Positions 40,853-55,757 of a stretch of DNA of 64,000 nt are shown in pieces. Where the stretch lies: the NCBI GenBank assembly GCA_028023455.1, contig JAQFVV010000010.1:5270001-5334000 (forward strand). The letters run 5' to 3'. The stretch's first letter is position 1. Every line of letters starts with the position of its first letter. The position numbers and the translations under genes are program-made. A model generated the notes under the pieces. The model ran no database searches and had not been told where the DNA came from. It saw only the letters and a list, made by a program, of their open reading frames with translations. The DNA is from Epiperipatus broadwayi (Eukaryota; Animalia; Onychophora).

Positions 40853-41759
40853 TATCAGGAGGGGATCCAAAAATAATCGGAATTTTATAATAAAAAATTG
40901 TTTATTTATTTTTAAGTTATAAATTTAATCACTACCCATTTGCTGCAATACATCAGTCTAAACATGTTTTTCATTTTTCAAAGTAGTCCGGAAATACTTG
41001 CAAAGTAATGACTTTTAGTGCTTCCATCATTTTTTTTTCCACCACTCCTAAGTCTGCAAAAAAAAAAATTAAGACATTTTTTCATTTGAGAGATTAAAAA
41101 AAAAATTATATAAGGTGAGATTGAGTGAATATGGCTGATAGATAAGCTGGGTCATGCTGAATATAATTAAAAAGTGTTTCACACTGAAGGCTTTAAGAGA
41201 TACACTTTGTTGGGGTGGAGCAAACACTGTTTTCTTTGTCACAAAATGAGATTTTTACATTTTACCGCATCACGTAAATATTTCAGAACTTACAGTTACA
41301 ATGCCTGACCATTATGACTAAATCTGAGGGAAAAAATGTCACTTGTGCCAAAAAAAAAAAAAAAAAAAATCAGCATAGTTTTGAGTTTGGACTTCACTTG
41401 CCAAGCTTTTTAGGGATGTGACGAATTTAACATTTCAATTAAACCACTCGTAAACTTGTGTTTTTATATGATCAGATTGCTTATAATCTGTTTTAAACAT
41501 TATAAATGTTTTCCTTCTTGTTTTCTGTAAATGAAAATAGAATTTCACATGATTCAATCTTTTCAGCCATTATAAAAAATTTGACAAATATGCAAAATGC
41601 ACTCTATAAAAAAATGTGTTACATGGTCCCATGGCTTCACATAAAAATGTCATTTGACAGATTGACACAGAAGAGTTAGTATGTAACAGCAGAAGTAAGT
41701 ACTATAACAGGTGTGCAAACCAGAGAATGATTCCAGTTATTTTGGGGTCCTTGCACATA
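40853..41759 (-). mobile_element. Internally deleted mariner element
   Basis: Imperfect TIRs (ggatccaaaaataatcggaat near 40863; gattccagttattttggggtcc near 41729) with TA ends. KTQVYEWFN (mariner HTH) and MMEALKVITLQVFPDYFEK*KTCLD*CIAANG (C-terminus). Confidence 0.8.
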
Positions 41760-42716
41760 ATTTATCAATATGCATCGCATAACAGACAATCAGAATCCTA
41801 GATTAATTTCTATCCTCCAATGATTTTCAATGCTGTTTTAGTAAATAACAAAGTTACACTTCTTTCATTAAAAAATTTCACCTAATTCAGAGACATTAGT
41901 ATTGTTATATCAAAATTACTAGACTAGTTTCTGGATATTGTCATTCATCAGTGAGAAATACTGAAATTTTGAATCCAAGCTACTTTGATTGTATAGATAT
42001 ATAGGTTCTGACATAGATATCAGTTTATGCTAATACGTGGCATTTTTGAATACTTGATAAGGAATGTATAAAGCAAACTAAACATCAAGCAACTTTCTTG
42101 GTTTATTTTAAACAAAAAACATAAAATAATTGAATAATTAATCATTTTAAGAAGATCATGTAACAGATTGAGTTTAATCTGCCACTCTATTGTGCACTAA
42201 AACACCCAGTCTAACACCACATAATTCTTTCTACTTACTCTAACCTAATGACATCTACATATACTTGAGCAATCAATGAAGAAGAAATGGATTTGGATGG
42301 AGCATTATCATCTAGCATTCAATGATTATTCAAGTTTACAACAGATAGCTCTGGAAAAGAATAAATAAATTAATTATTTTCAGATGTTGAATGTTATTAG
42401 AGAAAATCATGCAATTTTATGTCATGGTTCTCTTTGAAAAAATTTTTTTTAATCAATTCATAAACCGAAACATTTTTTTATTCTCCATTGAATGGGTGTA
42501 TTTGTAATTTTTTGAACAAAACAGACTGGCACTTTAAATTTATATCTTTATTTTATTTTAAAAGAATAAATAATATAAGTAGAATTTCATAGTAATAATA
42601 TTATTAATACTTCTCATTAAACTGTCATTATAGATAAAAAATTGAGAACGAGAGATAACAAAATTGAAAATATTTGGGATGACTTTAATATTGAGACACT
42701 GGATTAAACTGCATTA

Positions 42717-42768
42717 AAATAATAGCAAATATTAAAATAATAGCAAATAAAATAATAGCAAATAGCTA
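42717..42768. repeat. Short tandem repeat, 3 x aaaataatagcaaat
   Basis: Three near-identical units visible directly. Confidence 0.8.
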
Positions 42769-42960
42769 GATATCACAAACTTTCTTAGGAAAGGGAACCC
42801 AACATACACTCACTCTAATAAAATATCTTTTTACTTATTGTTTTGATGATAATTTATGTAACATTTGGATAAGTCATATTTTGTTTATGATTTTTTTAAA
42901 AATTATGAATAAAATGAAATAATTACTATTAACTGATTACAACAATTTAAAAATTCATAC

Positions 42961-43092
42961 CTGTGTTTGTAAAACAGCACAAAGTGATGAACTCTTTCTT
43001 CCACACATTTCTTCACATTTGATTGCAAACACTTCAATTTGCCTTGAAAGACTGACAAATTCACAAGAAGTTAGTTTATCTAGACAGCCATC
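42961..43092 (-). CDS. VPS54: VPS54 internal coding exon (DGCLDKLTSCEFVSLSRQIEVFAIKCEEMCGRKSSSLCAVLQTQ)
   Basis: Acceptor ccttttag, donor gtatga, 132 nt, phase 0 to 0. Matches human 'DGFLEKLNSMEFITLSRLMETFILDTEQICGRKSTSLLGALQSQ'. Not in the ORF track. Confidence 0.95.
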
Positions 43093-44029
43093 CTAAAAAG
43101 GTAAAAAAACAAAAAACATATGAACAGAAATAATTTTGTATAATGTTAATAATTTTAAAATGTATATCTGTTAAATATTAATATACTAGTATTTTTTTAA
43201 AAAAAAGTAAAGGAGAAGATATAAGAATAATAATTTTCTCTCTAAAATCATTTAAAATTTGTTGATATTACTTTTCCCTTCATTAAATCCTGCTTGTAAA
43301 ACAATTTCAAAATGTCTCAAGTTAAATTTATTTTGTTTTTAATGATTAAATAATAAATATTTGTTTACTTCATTCAAAGTCAAAGTTTATCGCAATCGTG
43401 TAATTATTGACATTAAAAATTAAATGCTATTAATAATTGCTGAATTATACAACATATTAAAAATAACAAATAATATGACAATAGTGATAATTGAATGATT
43501 AATTAAATTCAAATTCTAGAACTGACAGATTGGTCCTTGATTAAGGAACTTTAGTTCTAAACCATATAGAGTAATAATATGGTTAAGATTAAAATTCAAG
43601 GCATAAATTAAACAAAACAAATTTATAAACTGACATCAATAATTTTTTATTTTCATAAAAAGGTTTGCAATGAAATATATACATGATGCATAATGAGGTT
43701 TTCATATAGATAGATATTAAGTTTTTAATATAATATATAAATTTATGCATGTGATATGTTTGGTGTTTCTGTATGATATGCAGAGTTAAGTCTATTTCCT
43801 ATATATTGTTTGCTTTAATTTAGACAGATATGGAAACTTTGGAATTCTAGACAAGAGATATTATCTTTATCATAATGAAGCCACCAAACTGTGTACAGAG
43901 TTGAAATAGTGTTAGAAGTGTAAAACAGCTGAGGAGACTTACCACCTTCTCACTGTCAAATGCATTGATTATTCATGTGATTGATTTAAACATAAAAAAA
44001 AAATATATAGATATATGTAAAATATATTA

Positions 44030-44460
44030 ATCATCATCATCATTATCAACCATTATCAATCCACTGCAGGATGAAGGTCTCTCCAAGTTTAATCCATCTT
44101 CTCCGATCTTTAGCTTCTCTTCTCCACATCACCCCTACACATTTTCTTATTTCATCCATCGAAAAATCTTTATCATTTACACAAACATTCATTCTGCCTT
44201 ATCAGGCACTGAGAAGAAAGACCATGGTGTTTCTTGATCTTAAACTCAGAGGTAAAAAGCCAATAAACTCACCACGCTGGCTAATGCGTGTTGGTGAGCA
44301 GCCCATCCATGTTCGTATACTATATGAATAAACATATAGTAATAACAGCTGCAACGACAAGAACGTATGGAGTGGACATTAGGAATTTGCCCTGCTCGGT
44401 TCCTTTAAGGCCTCCAAGAGGAATCAAAGGGTCTCCTTTCAGTTAATAGCAAACTCCTTT
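44030..44460. mobile_element. SINE-like element containing an inverted RTE tail
   Basis: catcatcatcattatcaaccattatcaatccactgcaggatgaaggtctctcc is the reverse complement of an RTE tail. It is followed by the hairpin ctcaccacgctggctaatgcgtgttggtgag and a GC-richer body. Confidence 0.5.
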
Positions 44461-47400
44461 CTGCAGCCAAAATATATTAATACATGAATATATTTCATTT
44501 TTTACTTGACATCACATTTATTTTTATAATAATTAATCTACACTGCTCAATCTCTCTTCACATCCATCCAACAAATATGAGTTAATGCTGCTAGGTCTAT
44601 GGTGAACATGAGCTCCATTTATTTAGCAATTAATCTATACTATAAATTTATATTGGATCTAAATACTAAAAATAACACAAAACTTGCTTTTTAATAACAA
44701 ATACCTTCATTAGTTTACAATAAAATACAAAATTTGTTAGTAGGCTTTCAATGGCAATATTAAGGAAGTAGAATCAAATGCAAAAAATACAATAGTCTCA
44801 TTATAAACATGCATCTATGAATACTCTTGGATTTATTATTACATAATGCTGTGTATAATTTGAATTCACTTCTAGCTATTCTTTCATGAGACATATTAAT
44901 TACAGCATTATTATAATGTTTATAAAATAATATTACTCATTTTATATATATAAAATATGCTGCTACATTGATATATCTAAATCTTTTAAGATATTAATGA
45001 ACTTGTGTCATTTAATTAATTTAACCATTTTAAAATATATATTCTATGAGATGTGTGTTTTCATTCACATGTACACCTCATGATTGAAGACATTCAGTAT
45101 AATGAAATCATATATAGAGAAACAGTATTTAATGAAAATGCATTTAAAAATCTGTCAAAATTGATATACTTATGAAATTGGGCAAACTTTTTAATAATTT
45201 TATTTTAATTAAAATTAGTGATAATATTACTCCTTTTAAAATTTCCACATATAAATAAAAATACATCTTCATTGTATCTAATTCTTACAAAGTAGATTAA
45301 ATTCTAAAGGAAACACACCTCTATAATATCATGAATAAACAAACACGAATTAAGGAAGGACTTATAAAAAAAAATGTAAGGATTATAATTATTCTTCAGA
45401 TCAAATATACTGTGGCTCTTATTACTTAGAACTTAATTATTAAATATTTTTTTCTGAAAAAAATGCCTCTTTTACTTTACAGGACTTGGACCTACTCTCT
45501 TCATTTGAGATTACAGTTCCCTTTTATTTAAATAAGGAAATGCTATTATTATAACATCAACATCTGATATCTAGCCTTTCAGAATTTGCATAGTATTTAA
45601 AATAATATATCCTTACTTTTAATTTGAAATAAAATTAAGAAGTTTCTATTCTTTATGCATGATTTTGCTTTTCATATGTAAAAGCATGCCATTACTTAAA
45701 ACTTTTCCTCTTGAATTAAAAATAACAAAGAAATGACAGATAATCACATCTTTCATAAATTTAGGAACTGCCAAATTCTCAGCCAAAATATTTACTTTGT
45801 TCTTGGAATAATGCTGATAGTATTATATCTCCTTTTGATACGTGTATAACTATTTTGATATTCAATAAAATATATAAAAAACAGCTTTTAATATTTTTTA
45901 TGACAAATTCTTCTTATATTTCCATTTTTATCCACACTTTATTGGAAATATAAAACAAAAAAAAAAACATTATATCAGCAAATATGTATATGTTTATAAA
46001 TTTTAATTTACATTAAAATCTTACATATATCATAAGTTTGTTTTTAATAATCAAAGAAAACTACATTTTAATTTTAAAATATTATTTTAAGAATTAAACA
46101 TTCTTTAAGATATACAAAAACATAAATAAATTAATTTATAAAAATTAATAGAATTTACATACTTATAAGGTGTTATAATAGTATTAAAAATAAAGAACCA
46201 AAATTTTGTTACCATTCCTTGCTAAATTCTCAGCTTTTAAATTAATTTTTTGTATAGTTCTAAAAAAACTTTTCATCACCTGACTTTGATGGGATTCAAA
46301 TTGTTGCCTTAATAAACATTATATTTAATAATGAGTTGCATTATTTAATCTTAATTTTTAGATTATTATAAAAAATGTAAAATCCTTTTTATTATTTAAT
46401 AATTCTAGTTCTCTTTGAGATGAAAAAGATCTTTTCCTATAACTTTCTAGTCAAATATCTTTAATAAGATATCAACTAATAATAATATTTTCTTCTTTTC
46501 CTTCTCTGTAGATCACACAAAATAACAAAACTCTAACCCAGTATTTACTATACTTTAGACAAATTACTATTACTATTATTTTTTATTAATAAATATAAAC
46601 AAATAAATTCATATTATTAATATTTTTTAAAAATTTCTTTTAAATCAAATATATATGTGATTTTCCAAAACATTTATCGACTTTTTAATTATGTATATTT
46701 TTATTTTATTATTATTACCAAATTAAGCACTTTTTGGATACAGGACATAAAATAAATTGTGGGATATGAAATTAGTAATATATAAAAACAATAAAATGAG
46801 AAAATATTATGAAACATTATATATAAAAATAAAAATACAAAAATATTTTAATTTTATGAAAAGTTCTATATCCTTATATGGAAAACGATTTTTAGATAAA
46901 ATATCATCATAAATTGGATGTATATTTTATATTTTTGTTTATTAATATTTGCAAATGCATAAGCATGATAATATATGTTTTTTTATATTGGAAATATCTG
47001 ATTACAAAAATAATAGCAAAAAATGTATTATTAATTTAAATATATATATTAAATTTGAATTACATTTATATAGAATAATTAATTTACATTGTATGGATTT
47101 ATATTGTGACCTTTGGTTTATTTCATCTATAAAACAATTGTAAGAAATGAAACTAATTATGGGCAAAAATTTTTTTTTTTTAAGTAAGAAAAGTTAAGAA
47201 GTTTTATTGGAGAAATCAATAACTAGATAGCTAAAAAAGTAACATATATAGAGGCAGTTTGTGTTTGTATAGAATGTAGCTAGCATTATTTAATGCAGGG
47301 GGGATGATTGATTTGTTTTTATTGTACGCTGCTATAATAATTTACCAATATAATAATTGAGAAATGAATATTTATATGGCTAAGATAAAGTCTTTATGAA

Positions 47401-48643
47401 TTTTAATATTTATTTACTAAAAAGTTGGTGAGAATTAAGATTGAAATGATTATCAGTAGCTTTTGTTTAACAGTCTTTTTGGGAGAATAGGCCTAAAGTT
47501 ATAGAAATCATAATGGACATTTATGTTTATGATTATCAGAAGTTATAATTGATTTTATGCTTGTAATTATAAGAAAAGATGATGGATATTTTATGTTCAT
47601 TTAGTCTGAATAAGCAATTTTCAATTGAATGGTCTGCACATGTATGTGTGTGTAATACAGATATATGGGTTTGATTTTTTTTTTCTTTCCTTTAGAGAAA
47701 TTGATATAATTTTCTATATTATTTCATGATAAGTGTGAAAAAGGGAAAAATAAATGAATCAGTTCTGATTTATTATTTCTAACTCTAAAATGTAGATATT
47801 TAGATCAAAAGAAATGTAACATTTGTTTAAAAAAAAAGTGTTAGTAAGTTTATCTTTTGATTAGATTTTCTTTTGATTGCTTTTCCATAAATTAATTGAT
47901 AATGTGTTAACCCAAAAGATGTGGTTTAAGATAGGAAAAAGTTGTCAAAACTAACAAGTAAGAAAGGGTTCGATTGTTCATTCTGAAATGGGAATTTTGA
48001 TTAAAATTTGAAGAGGAACCACCTGTGGAGGCAAGGATTGACAGATATTTTTTTCTTCACCCTCCTTGTGAATATAAGAGGGGGCTGGGGAAAATGAATC
48101 AGTGGAACTTTTGCTAACTAAGAACAACTGGCTGACTAAAATTAATCTATCTCTGAAGGTTTTCTCTGATTTTTTAAAATTTTCTTTCTCAGAGTTAATA
48201 ATGTGTTTAAGTTTTACAGTATACTAAAACATGAATTTCTAATTCATATATAAGTGGTGCGCATTTTTTTTTCCTCATGTCAATTATAAACAAATCAACT
48301 TTTAATAAGATATGCTCTACTGAATACCACAATCCATCTATTTGGCTTATTAAAACTTCATTTAAGAAGAGAGCTGTCGAACTATTATATAATATTAAAA
48401 GACCGATTCATATTGCCATAATTATTTGGCCGGTTAAAATTCGTTTAAAGAAACTGCAGCAAACTTCTATATAATGTTAAAAGTTAATTTGTGTTTAGTA
48501 ATCAGAAACTGCTTGTTGTCTATAATTTGAGCCTTAAAATGGAAAAGAAGAAAAAAGAAACAAATGAATTCAAACCCAGGAAGAAATTCATCAAAATGGA
48601 AGGTAATCAACAGAACTTTTTTTAAAATTTATTATCCTGTAGC

Positions 48644-48740
48644 TACATTTTGATTTAAAATAACTATCTACGTTTTATACATTTTGATTTAAAATAACTG
48701 TCTACGTTTTTATATATTTTGATTCAAATAACTGTCTATG
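48644..48740. repeat. Minisatellite, ~3 x 34 bp
   Basis: tacattttgatttaaaataact(a/g)tctacgtttt repeated at 48644, 48678 and ~48713. Confidence 0.85.
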
Positions 48741-49499
48741 CTGTGTGTCTCTATATAAGCTATCTCCAAATAAAGTGAACTGAATACAAAGGAAAAGACA
48801 TTGAAAAGAGACTATCGTAATATTTGATATTGATTCTTTATTTTATTTTATTTATATGTCATTTATTCTTTATTTCATTTTGTTTATATATATGTCGCAT
48901 GTTTAACCACTAGATTATATTAAATTAATTTTTTTTTATTTATGTTCTTTAAAATGTTTAAAGGAAAGAAAGGAAGATGATTATGATCCCATTGAAGTAT
49001 AAATGCTTACGTAAATTTAAATTTAGAAAAAAAAAAAAGAGAAATGATATAAAATATTTTTTTATTCTTAACAAAATTTTAAATTTGTGTTTAATATTAG
49101 ATATGAAGAGTGATATGGATGGTTGTGTAAAAAACCATAATTATGCTATAAGTGTTGATGATCTGTTATTAATAAAATATTGGGTGTATGTTGTTGGCTT
49201 GACTGTTTAAAATTGAAATAATTCATATATGTTTTGATTTGGGATCTGGTTAGTCTTTGTCATTTATCTGGACTGCAATCGATGTAGGTGTGGGCATATA
49301 TAAAGCAATAAATGCTTGTTGTTCCTGAGGTAGAGTTATCTTACCACCTCATAGATGGGAAGTGGCTGTCTCATGATTTATTTACCATAGCAGTAGATGA
49401 CATGTTCACTCTATTTATTTTGTTGAGATAGGAAATTATTAATAAAGTTATTGTTCAAATTGTAGAAAATGTTGTGCGTGCCTATGTTGAATAAGTGTG

Positions 49500-51750
49500 T
49501 AGACAAGAGTTCTCAACACGATTTTAGGTCTCAAGAGAAGACCTCTCTCTCTCTGGCCAAAGCCAGCATTTGAAGTTAGGAGTTGTTGTTGTTTTGTTTT
49601 TTTAATTTCCCTTACCAAGACGCTGATGTGTGCGCTATAAAATACTGCATGGGGATGAAGGATATGAAGAGTATTTTTCTTATGTAGGACAGAATAAAAG
49701 TTGCCTGACAGGATAAGGATTCAGTCAGATGTGTATGTGTTTGGGGGAATGACAAAGATTTTAATTGATAAACTAACCGATCTGTGTTGATTTTTGTGAA
49801 TGATGGTAAATTGAGGGTCGTCAAGCTAGATCGACATACTGACCTATCAAGATATATACAGTCAAAAACGTAAAGATCTGACAGGCATGAACATAAAAGT
49901 GTAGGTTTTTGAATTTAAATCCATCTGCAAGATCAGTAAAAGATTTTTTTTCATGGCATATCATCCTTCTGCTTGTTGAAATGATTTAGAAGTTGATGAT
50001 TATTTATCATTGCTGGTTAAAATAATTGAAACGAATAAATTATTTTGGAATAGTCCAATGAATAATGTTTACCATAGGAATTTATAGGTTTTCTTAAAGT
50101 TAAATACGGAATTCTGACTCTGTGCATGTCAGCGGTTTTTTTATTTTTGATAAATAAATGGGTCAAAACAATAAATAAGTCCTTCAGAAAATTGGTTACT
50201 TTCGATATGTATTGGTATTGTAAATATTAGTCTTTATTAGACCTGACTCATATATTTGAGTGTAACAATATTATATTTAAGTGGTTTTATTTTTATTTTC
50301 ATCATTATTGTTAATGTAATAAAATTTTATTATTGTTATAAAATTGTATTGCGTCTTCTGTTTTGATGTTTCAAATATCTCCAGAATCTACATCTAGCAC
50401 CTATATTTAAAGTAATATTAGTTCATATTTAAATTTAATTATTCATTTTATATTGATAATTTATTTCCATAATTGATTTACAGTATTGATTTTATATTGA
50501 TTATTTCCATATTCGATTCACATAATTCATTTTTGTATTAGTCACTTTTATATAATTCATTTTCACATAATTTATTATCATAATTAATTTGCATAATCTA
50601 ATTTTATGATCTATTTCCGTATTTTACTTTAATAAGTAATTTTTGATTGATTTATATGATTGATGTCCATGTTCTACTTCCATAGTTTACTTTGGCAAAA
50701 TATGATAGATTTAAAATTATTAATTAAAATTTGGTCAATAGATTAGATATAATAGAATAAAAGGATAAGGAATAGTTAAGTTAAGTTTAATAAATTTAAT
50801 CTTTTGGTTCATTGTAATGTTATGGATATTGGGAGCAGACATAAAATCCCTTTCCTGCTCTCGGTGTTTAGAGTGATTCCCACTAGTAAATTCGTATTAA
50901 AATTTATTTTAATATATTTGGGATCATATCCATTACAATGTAATTGCTTATAAGGGCACCTCTTGGCAGATCTAGACCTTGAGAAAGAGCAGTTCGATTA
51001 TTAGTCTAAGAGCTAGTTTGGAAGTCAAGTAGCATATTATAATAAAATTATTATACTATTATTAAAATAGGAATCATGAATTGATAGTTGATCAAAAGAT
51101 ATGTGTTTTAGAGAAATAAGATTAGGGATTCTCAGATTAGAGAACATAGCACAGACCTTCCGTGTTATATAATTGTAGCTATTGAAAGTGATAGATGCTG
51201 AAAACAAAAAAATAAAGTAATGGAATTAAATGGGGAGGATTTATTTATGATAATTTTTTATCTAGTATTAAATTGAATAATAATTTTATATTATGAACAT
51301 AGATTATGAGTTCTCTGCATCAATTACTGATTTATTTCCAGTCATATATAAATGAGAAATATATATTTTCCCTAGTTACCACTCGAGATCAGATATTTAT
51401 AATAAAGTTGTGGAAGAAAGTTATTACATTATTACGAATTTAATAATAAATTTATCATGAAATATTTGAATGACTAATGTTAGGTTTGAAATTAAGACCA
51501 CATAGATTGAATGGTCTTATCAATATTATTTTTTAAGAGACGATTTAGTCACTTTCTCCAGTATCTTCTATAGTCCTAAATATGGCTAATGATGATGATC
51601 TCTGGTGGCCATTACAATTTATAGCTGCAATTTGGCGCCCGGGTATATTTGATGCTAAAGTTAGTATAAAATTCAATTGACTAGCTACTTGAAATAAATG
51701 AGAGTTTGTTGAGGTTAAATAAGTTAAAGATTGCGAAAAGGAAGGTTGAG
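49500..51750 (-). mobile_element. Highly decayed Penelope-like element
   Basis: Ordered minus-strand fragments NIPGRQIAAI (PGRPI), FNSYNYI..CAMFSNL (Q..G.AMGS), PNIHNITMNQKIKFIKLNLTI (HPNIKFT..INFLDLTI), and IGQ near 49850 (YIGQT). Confidence 0.6.
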
Positions 51751-52390
51751 GTTACAATATATTGTATTAAATTTTAATATTGTTGATTTATATATATTTT
51801 ATATTGTGTTCTATAAATGTTAGTTTTAAGTTTTGCAATAGAAATCACTGCAGTACTTTTTTTTGATATTCCTTTGAAGAATTATAAACAATTGAAAAAC
51901 ATAGTTCTCATGATTCGATAATAACAATTGTTTGAGTTTAAACAAATAAATTAATTTTTTGATATATTTATTATTATAGTAAAACAAATGAATGTATTTG
52001 TCTAATATATTTACAACTTATATTTACTTTGATATTCATGTGTAACTCACATTTTCATAACTAAGTGTATATACCAAGTGTGTATTATGAATTGACTGTT
52101 TTAAAACAGTATTAGGGTGAATCTATTTAACTGGCAAAGAAACTGTTGCTTATAAATGTTCAACAAGATATGCAATTCATCAGTAGGTTTTTCACATATT
52201 ACAAAGTAAATACTTAATAATATAACTAAATGTATAAACAAACTTTTCTTTTAATTTTTTCTGGGCAGCTTATTCAAGTGACATGTATATATGTGCACAT
52301 ACACATAAGGTAGTTTAAATATTATTAGTCAATTTCAAATATTTATTAAACAATTTTTTTTTTCATTGCAGCATTGTAATATACACATAT

Positions 52391-55039
52391 TGTAACAGTT
52401 GTGTTACATGGCACACAATAGCATAGTGTGTGTGCACAAATATATATAAAGTTGAAAGGAAAAGTAGAAATAAACACAGAGAAAAATTTTGTAAATATTT
52501 TCTACATTTCCCTGGAATAATAATAATTGTAAAAGATTAAATAATTTTGAATTTAAAATAAAATTTTATTACAAATTAAACATTTAAAAAGATCTAATAA
52601 ATATTTTTATTGAATTCTGATTTTGAAATTAAAAACACGCACGTTTATGATAAAATGTCTACTGATAATTGCAAAAATGTCTATTATCTATCTTTGAAAT
52701 CTTTTAATTAATGCTTGTGTACACTTCTCTGTCTATGTAAAAAATTTTGTAGATCATACTTTTGACAAAACTTTAAAGTTGCTTTTGAAAGGATTAAATG
52801 TGATTTTTTTAAAAAGAATAAAAAAATAAAAACAGTTTTTAATTAATATATTTTTGTCACTCTACTATAAACAAGGGTGGATATAAAAGCAGTAGTAGTT
52901 TTGTTGGTTTCAAAAGTTAGTTAGTTGGCGAGAATAGTTTTTCAAATTGCAGTAATGGTTTTTCAGAGTTAGAAAATAAACATGAGTAGCTGCTACTAGT
53001 TCACTAACATGGAGTTTAAATGCACCTAGAAGAAAGACCCAATATCTCTGTTCTCTATAGCCTTAAATGTGGACAAGACAGCTGCCTTCATGAAGTCTAT
53101 TCAATCCCAGACAGAAGGGAGATCGCTGCAGATCAACAGTTACCTGAATTATATCTTTCCTGATGATCACTAAAAACCAGTCTCACTAATAGAATACCTT
53201 AGCTTGCTGAAATATTAGTTTATACATATGCTGATTTATCTGTATGCAGAGAATCACAAATAAATATATATGGTGAGTAGCATTATATATAATGAGAATG
53301 AAATTTTAAATAATTTCTTTACTATAAATGACATTTTAAAAGTGAAACAAGTAAATAATTTTGCTTGAATTAAAAAGCCAAGAATCAATAATTAACTGAC
53401 AATCCTATTTCTAAAAAAAAAATCGTTTTGGAGTAACCTATCAAAAAAAAAAAAAAACTTTTATCAACTATCAAAGAAACTTGACAGTATTTTTTTTAAA
53501 GAAAAAAAAACTATAATCAGCAAAGAGAAAAACTTACTATTAAAATAACAAATGGATATTATTCTTTCAATATTGAATTAATTATGAAAAATCTATTATT
53601 GTGACAAATTAAAATATATGATATAAATGCCAATGTGCATATACATTTCTATGTGCATAAATACATATGTTAAATCAATAATTAATTACATATTATAAAA
53701 ATTAATTTCATTTATTATTTTGACAAATTCAAATAGGTTAATAAATTATTATACAATATGTCTGTGTGACGATGTTTTATATAAACCACTGTAGTATTTT
53801 ATATTAATCAATTTGATAATTTAAAAAGTTTTTATTTTATGGCAAGTCAAATATGTTCAGAAATTATTATGCCACATGTCTGTGTACATAAATACCAATG
53901 TGTGTCAGGTAGACATTTAAGTTTAAATTTTCATCATTTATTTTATTATTAAATGACACTTCAAATATGTTCAGAAATTATTATACCACATGTCTATTGT
54001 ACAATTCAAATATATTCATTTATAGTATATTGCACATCTGTATGCTGTGTTTTATGTAAACCTAGTACAGGTAAATTTTAATCATTTATTGTATTATTTT
54101 ATGATGATTTAAATATACCACATATCTGTGTGCTGTGTTTTAAGTAAACCTATTGGAACATTTATGTAAACCACAATGTAATAACTTGAATTTTGTATAT
54201 TAATCAAAATCAGAAGGCTTATATGTGTATAGCCATATCCTAAAGACCTTAACATCATTTTTTATTGTTGTTAATAAACTTGTATTTCATTGTTAAAATT
54301 ATTCCAGTGAACTTAATTCTAAATCATTTCTTGGTCACAGTAAATTATAGAACTTATGTTCTCTAAGCTAGATTCAAGCATAATGGTCTATTATATGGAA
54401 GGGGATATATTTGGTGTATAGGCATCCAGTTGACAAGAGTCCTGGTTTAGCACTAAGAATATATCCTTTACAGTCCATGCACTACATTTTATTTTAGTTT
54501 AGTCTCTATTAGAAATTAAGTTTATAATTGACCAGTACATTAATGGTACTAAGTGGCCAGAGCATTGATAATGATCAGCATGTTTTAATCTCCCAGCATT
54601 ATTGTTTTTATGGTTATATATTCTAATGGATTAACAGTTAAGTTTGTGCATCCAAATTAATGTTTAAATAATTGCACCAAGCTGGCAAAGACTAAATAGT
54701 TGGCCTAGTCTACAGTATACCCATTTCAAATCTAATCATCAGGTTGTCTTGATTTATTTTGATTGTTGATCATTCATGACGATGAATGATTTATTTATAA
54801 TGCTGATAAATTCTTATTTAATTATACTTATAGTTATTCTAGTGAGTTAACTGGGTTGATCTCCCAGAGTAATCTTTTTCTCTCATAATCTCTCATGCTC
54901 TTATAATCTATAACATTACTTAGGCATTTTAAATTTATATTAAATAATTTTAATTGAAATGGTTAACTTGGGGTAGATAATGATTTTCCATCACCCCACC
55001 TTTATTCCAGATTAACCCCAATTACTTCCATCCCATTAT
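52391..55039. mobile_element. Solo LTR copy B (~2.65 kb), same family and orientation as copy A
   Basis: Starts TGTAAC, ends attata (degenerate GTTACA), flanked by atat on both sides (putative 4-bp target duplication). Colinear with copy A but without its nested insertion. Confidence 0.75.
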
Positions 55040-55757
55040 AATATATATATATGAGTATGTATATTGATAAAGAATAAAAGTCAAGAGATTATATCCATGT
55101 AAACAGATAATTTTAGCTTTTGATATTGCCAGGAAACTATCAATTACTATTATTAATTGACAATCTACTTAAGGCTAAACAAGTTTTCTCCATTAACCTA
55201 AGTTCATATAATTATGTATTTAAACCCAGAAAACTATTTTTTATGGATGTGAGAATTGTAGAAGAAAGACATCTTTTTTGACATAATAATTAATCTTTTC
55301 CAGAGAGTTTTATATATATTGAATTATATTTTTTCGTGAATTTTTAGTTTGATAAAGAATGGAAATTAAGAGATTATATCCATGATTTAACATAAGTATT
55401 TATATTAAAAAGAAGAATCAAAGAAACTCTGATAATAAATTTTGAATCAGAGGCCATCATTCTCATGAAAACGTCATCTAATATTATAAATGGTAAGTTT
55501 TCGAAGTGAATTATAGAAAAACTATTTTGTTTTGTATATATACATATTGTTTGTATCTAAGTGAATTTCACTTGATAAGATCTATTTGTTAACAGAAGAA
55601 ATATACGGTAGTAAAAATATTTTCTTAAAATTTTGGTTTCTGAACTAGTATTTTAAAGTTATATGAGTTTCTATTGTAGAGAATTTTATATAAGGGTGTG
55701 TATGCAAATAGATTAATTCTAATATATATAAATATTTTAATCATTCTAAATGTTTAC

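Noticed and set aside
41917-41953. Minus-strand CUGAUGA..GAAA-CUAG-UC hammerhead-like string
   Set aside because: Stems I and II do not pair adequately; single copy; may be chance or a relic.
47180-48130. Possible RNase H-bearing LINE relic (EWSAHV, like W.P.HVG)
   Set aside because: One weak motif only.
49326-49351. Hairpin beginning tgaggtag, like let-7
   Set aside because: Only the first 8 nt match let-7, the stem is too short for a pre-miRNA, and it sits next to a PLE end.
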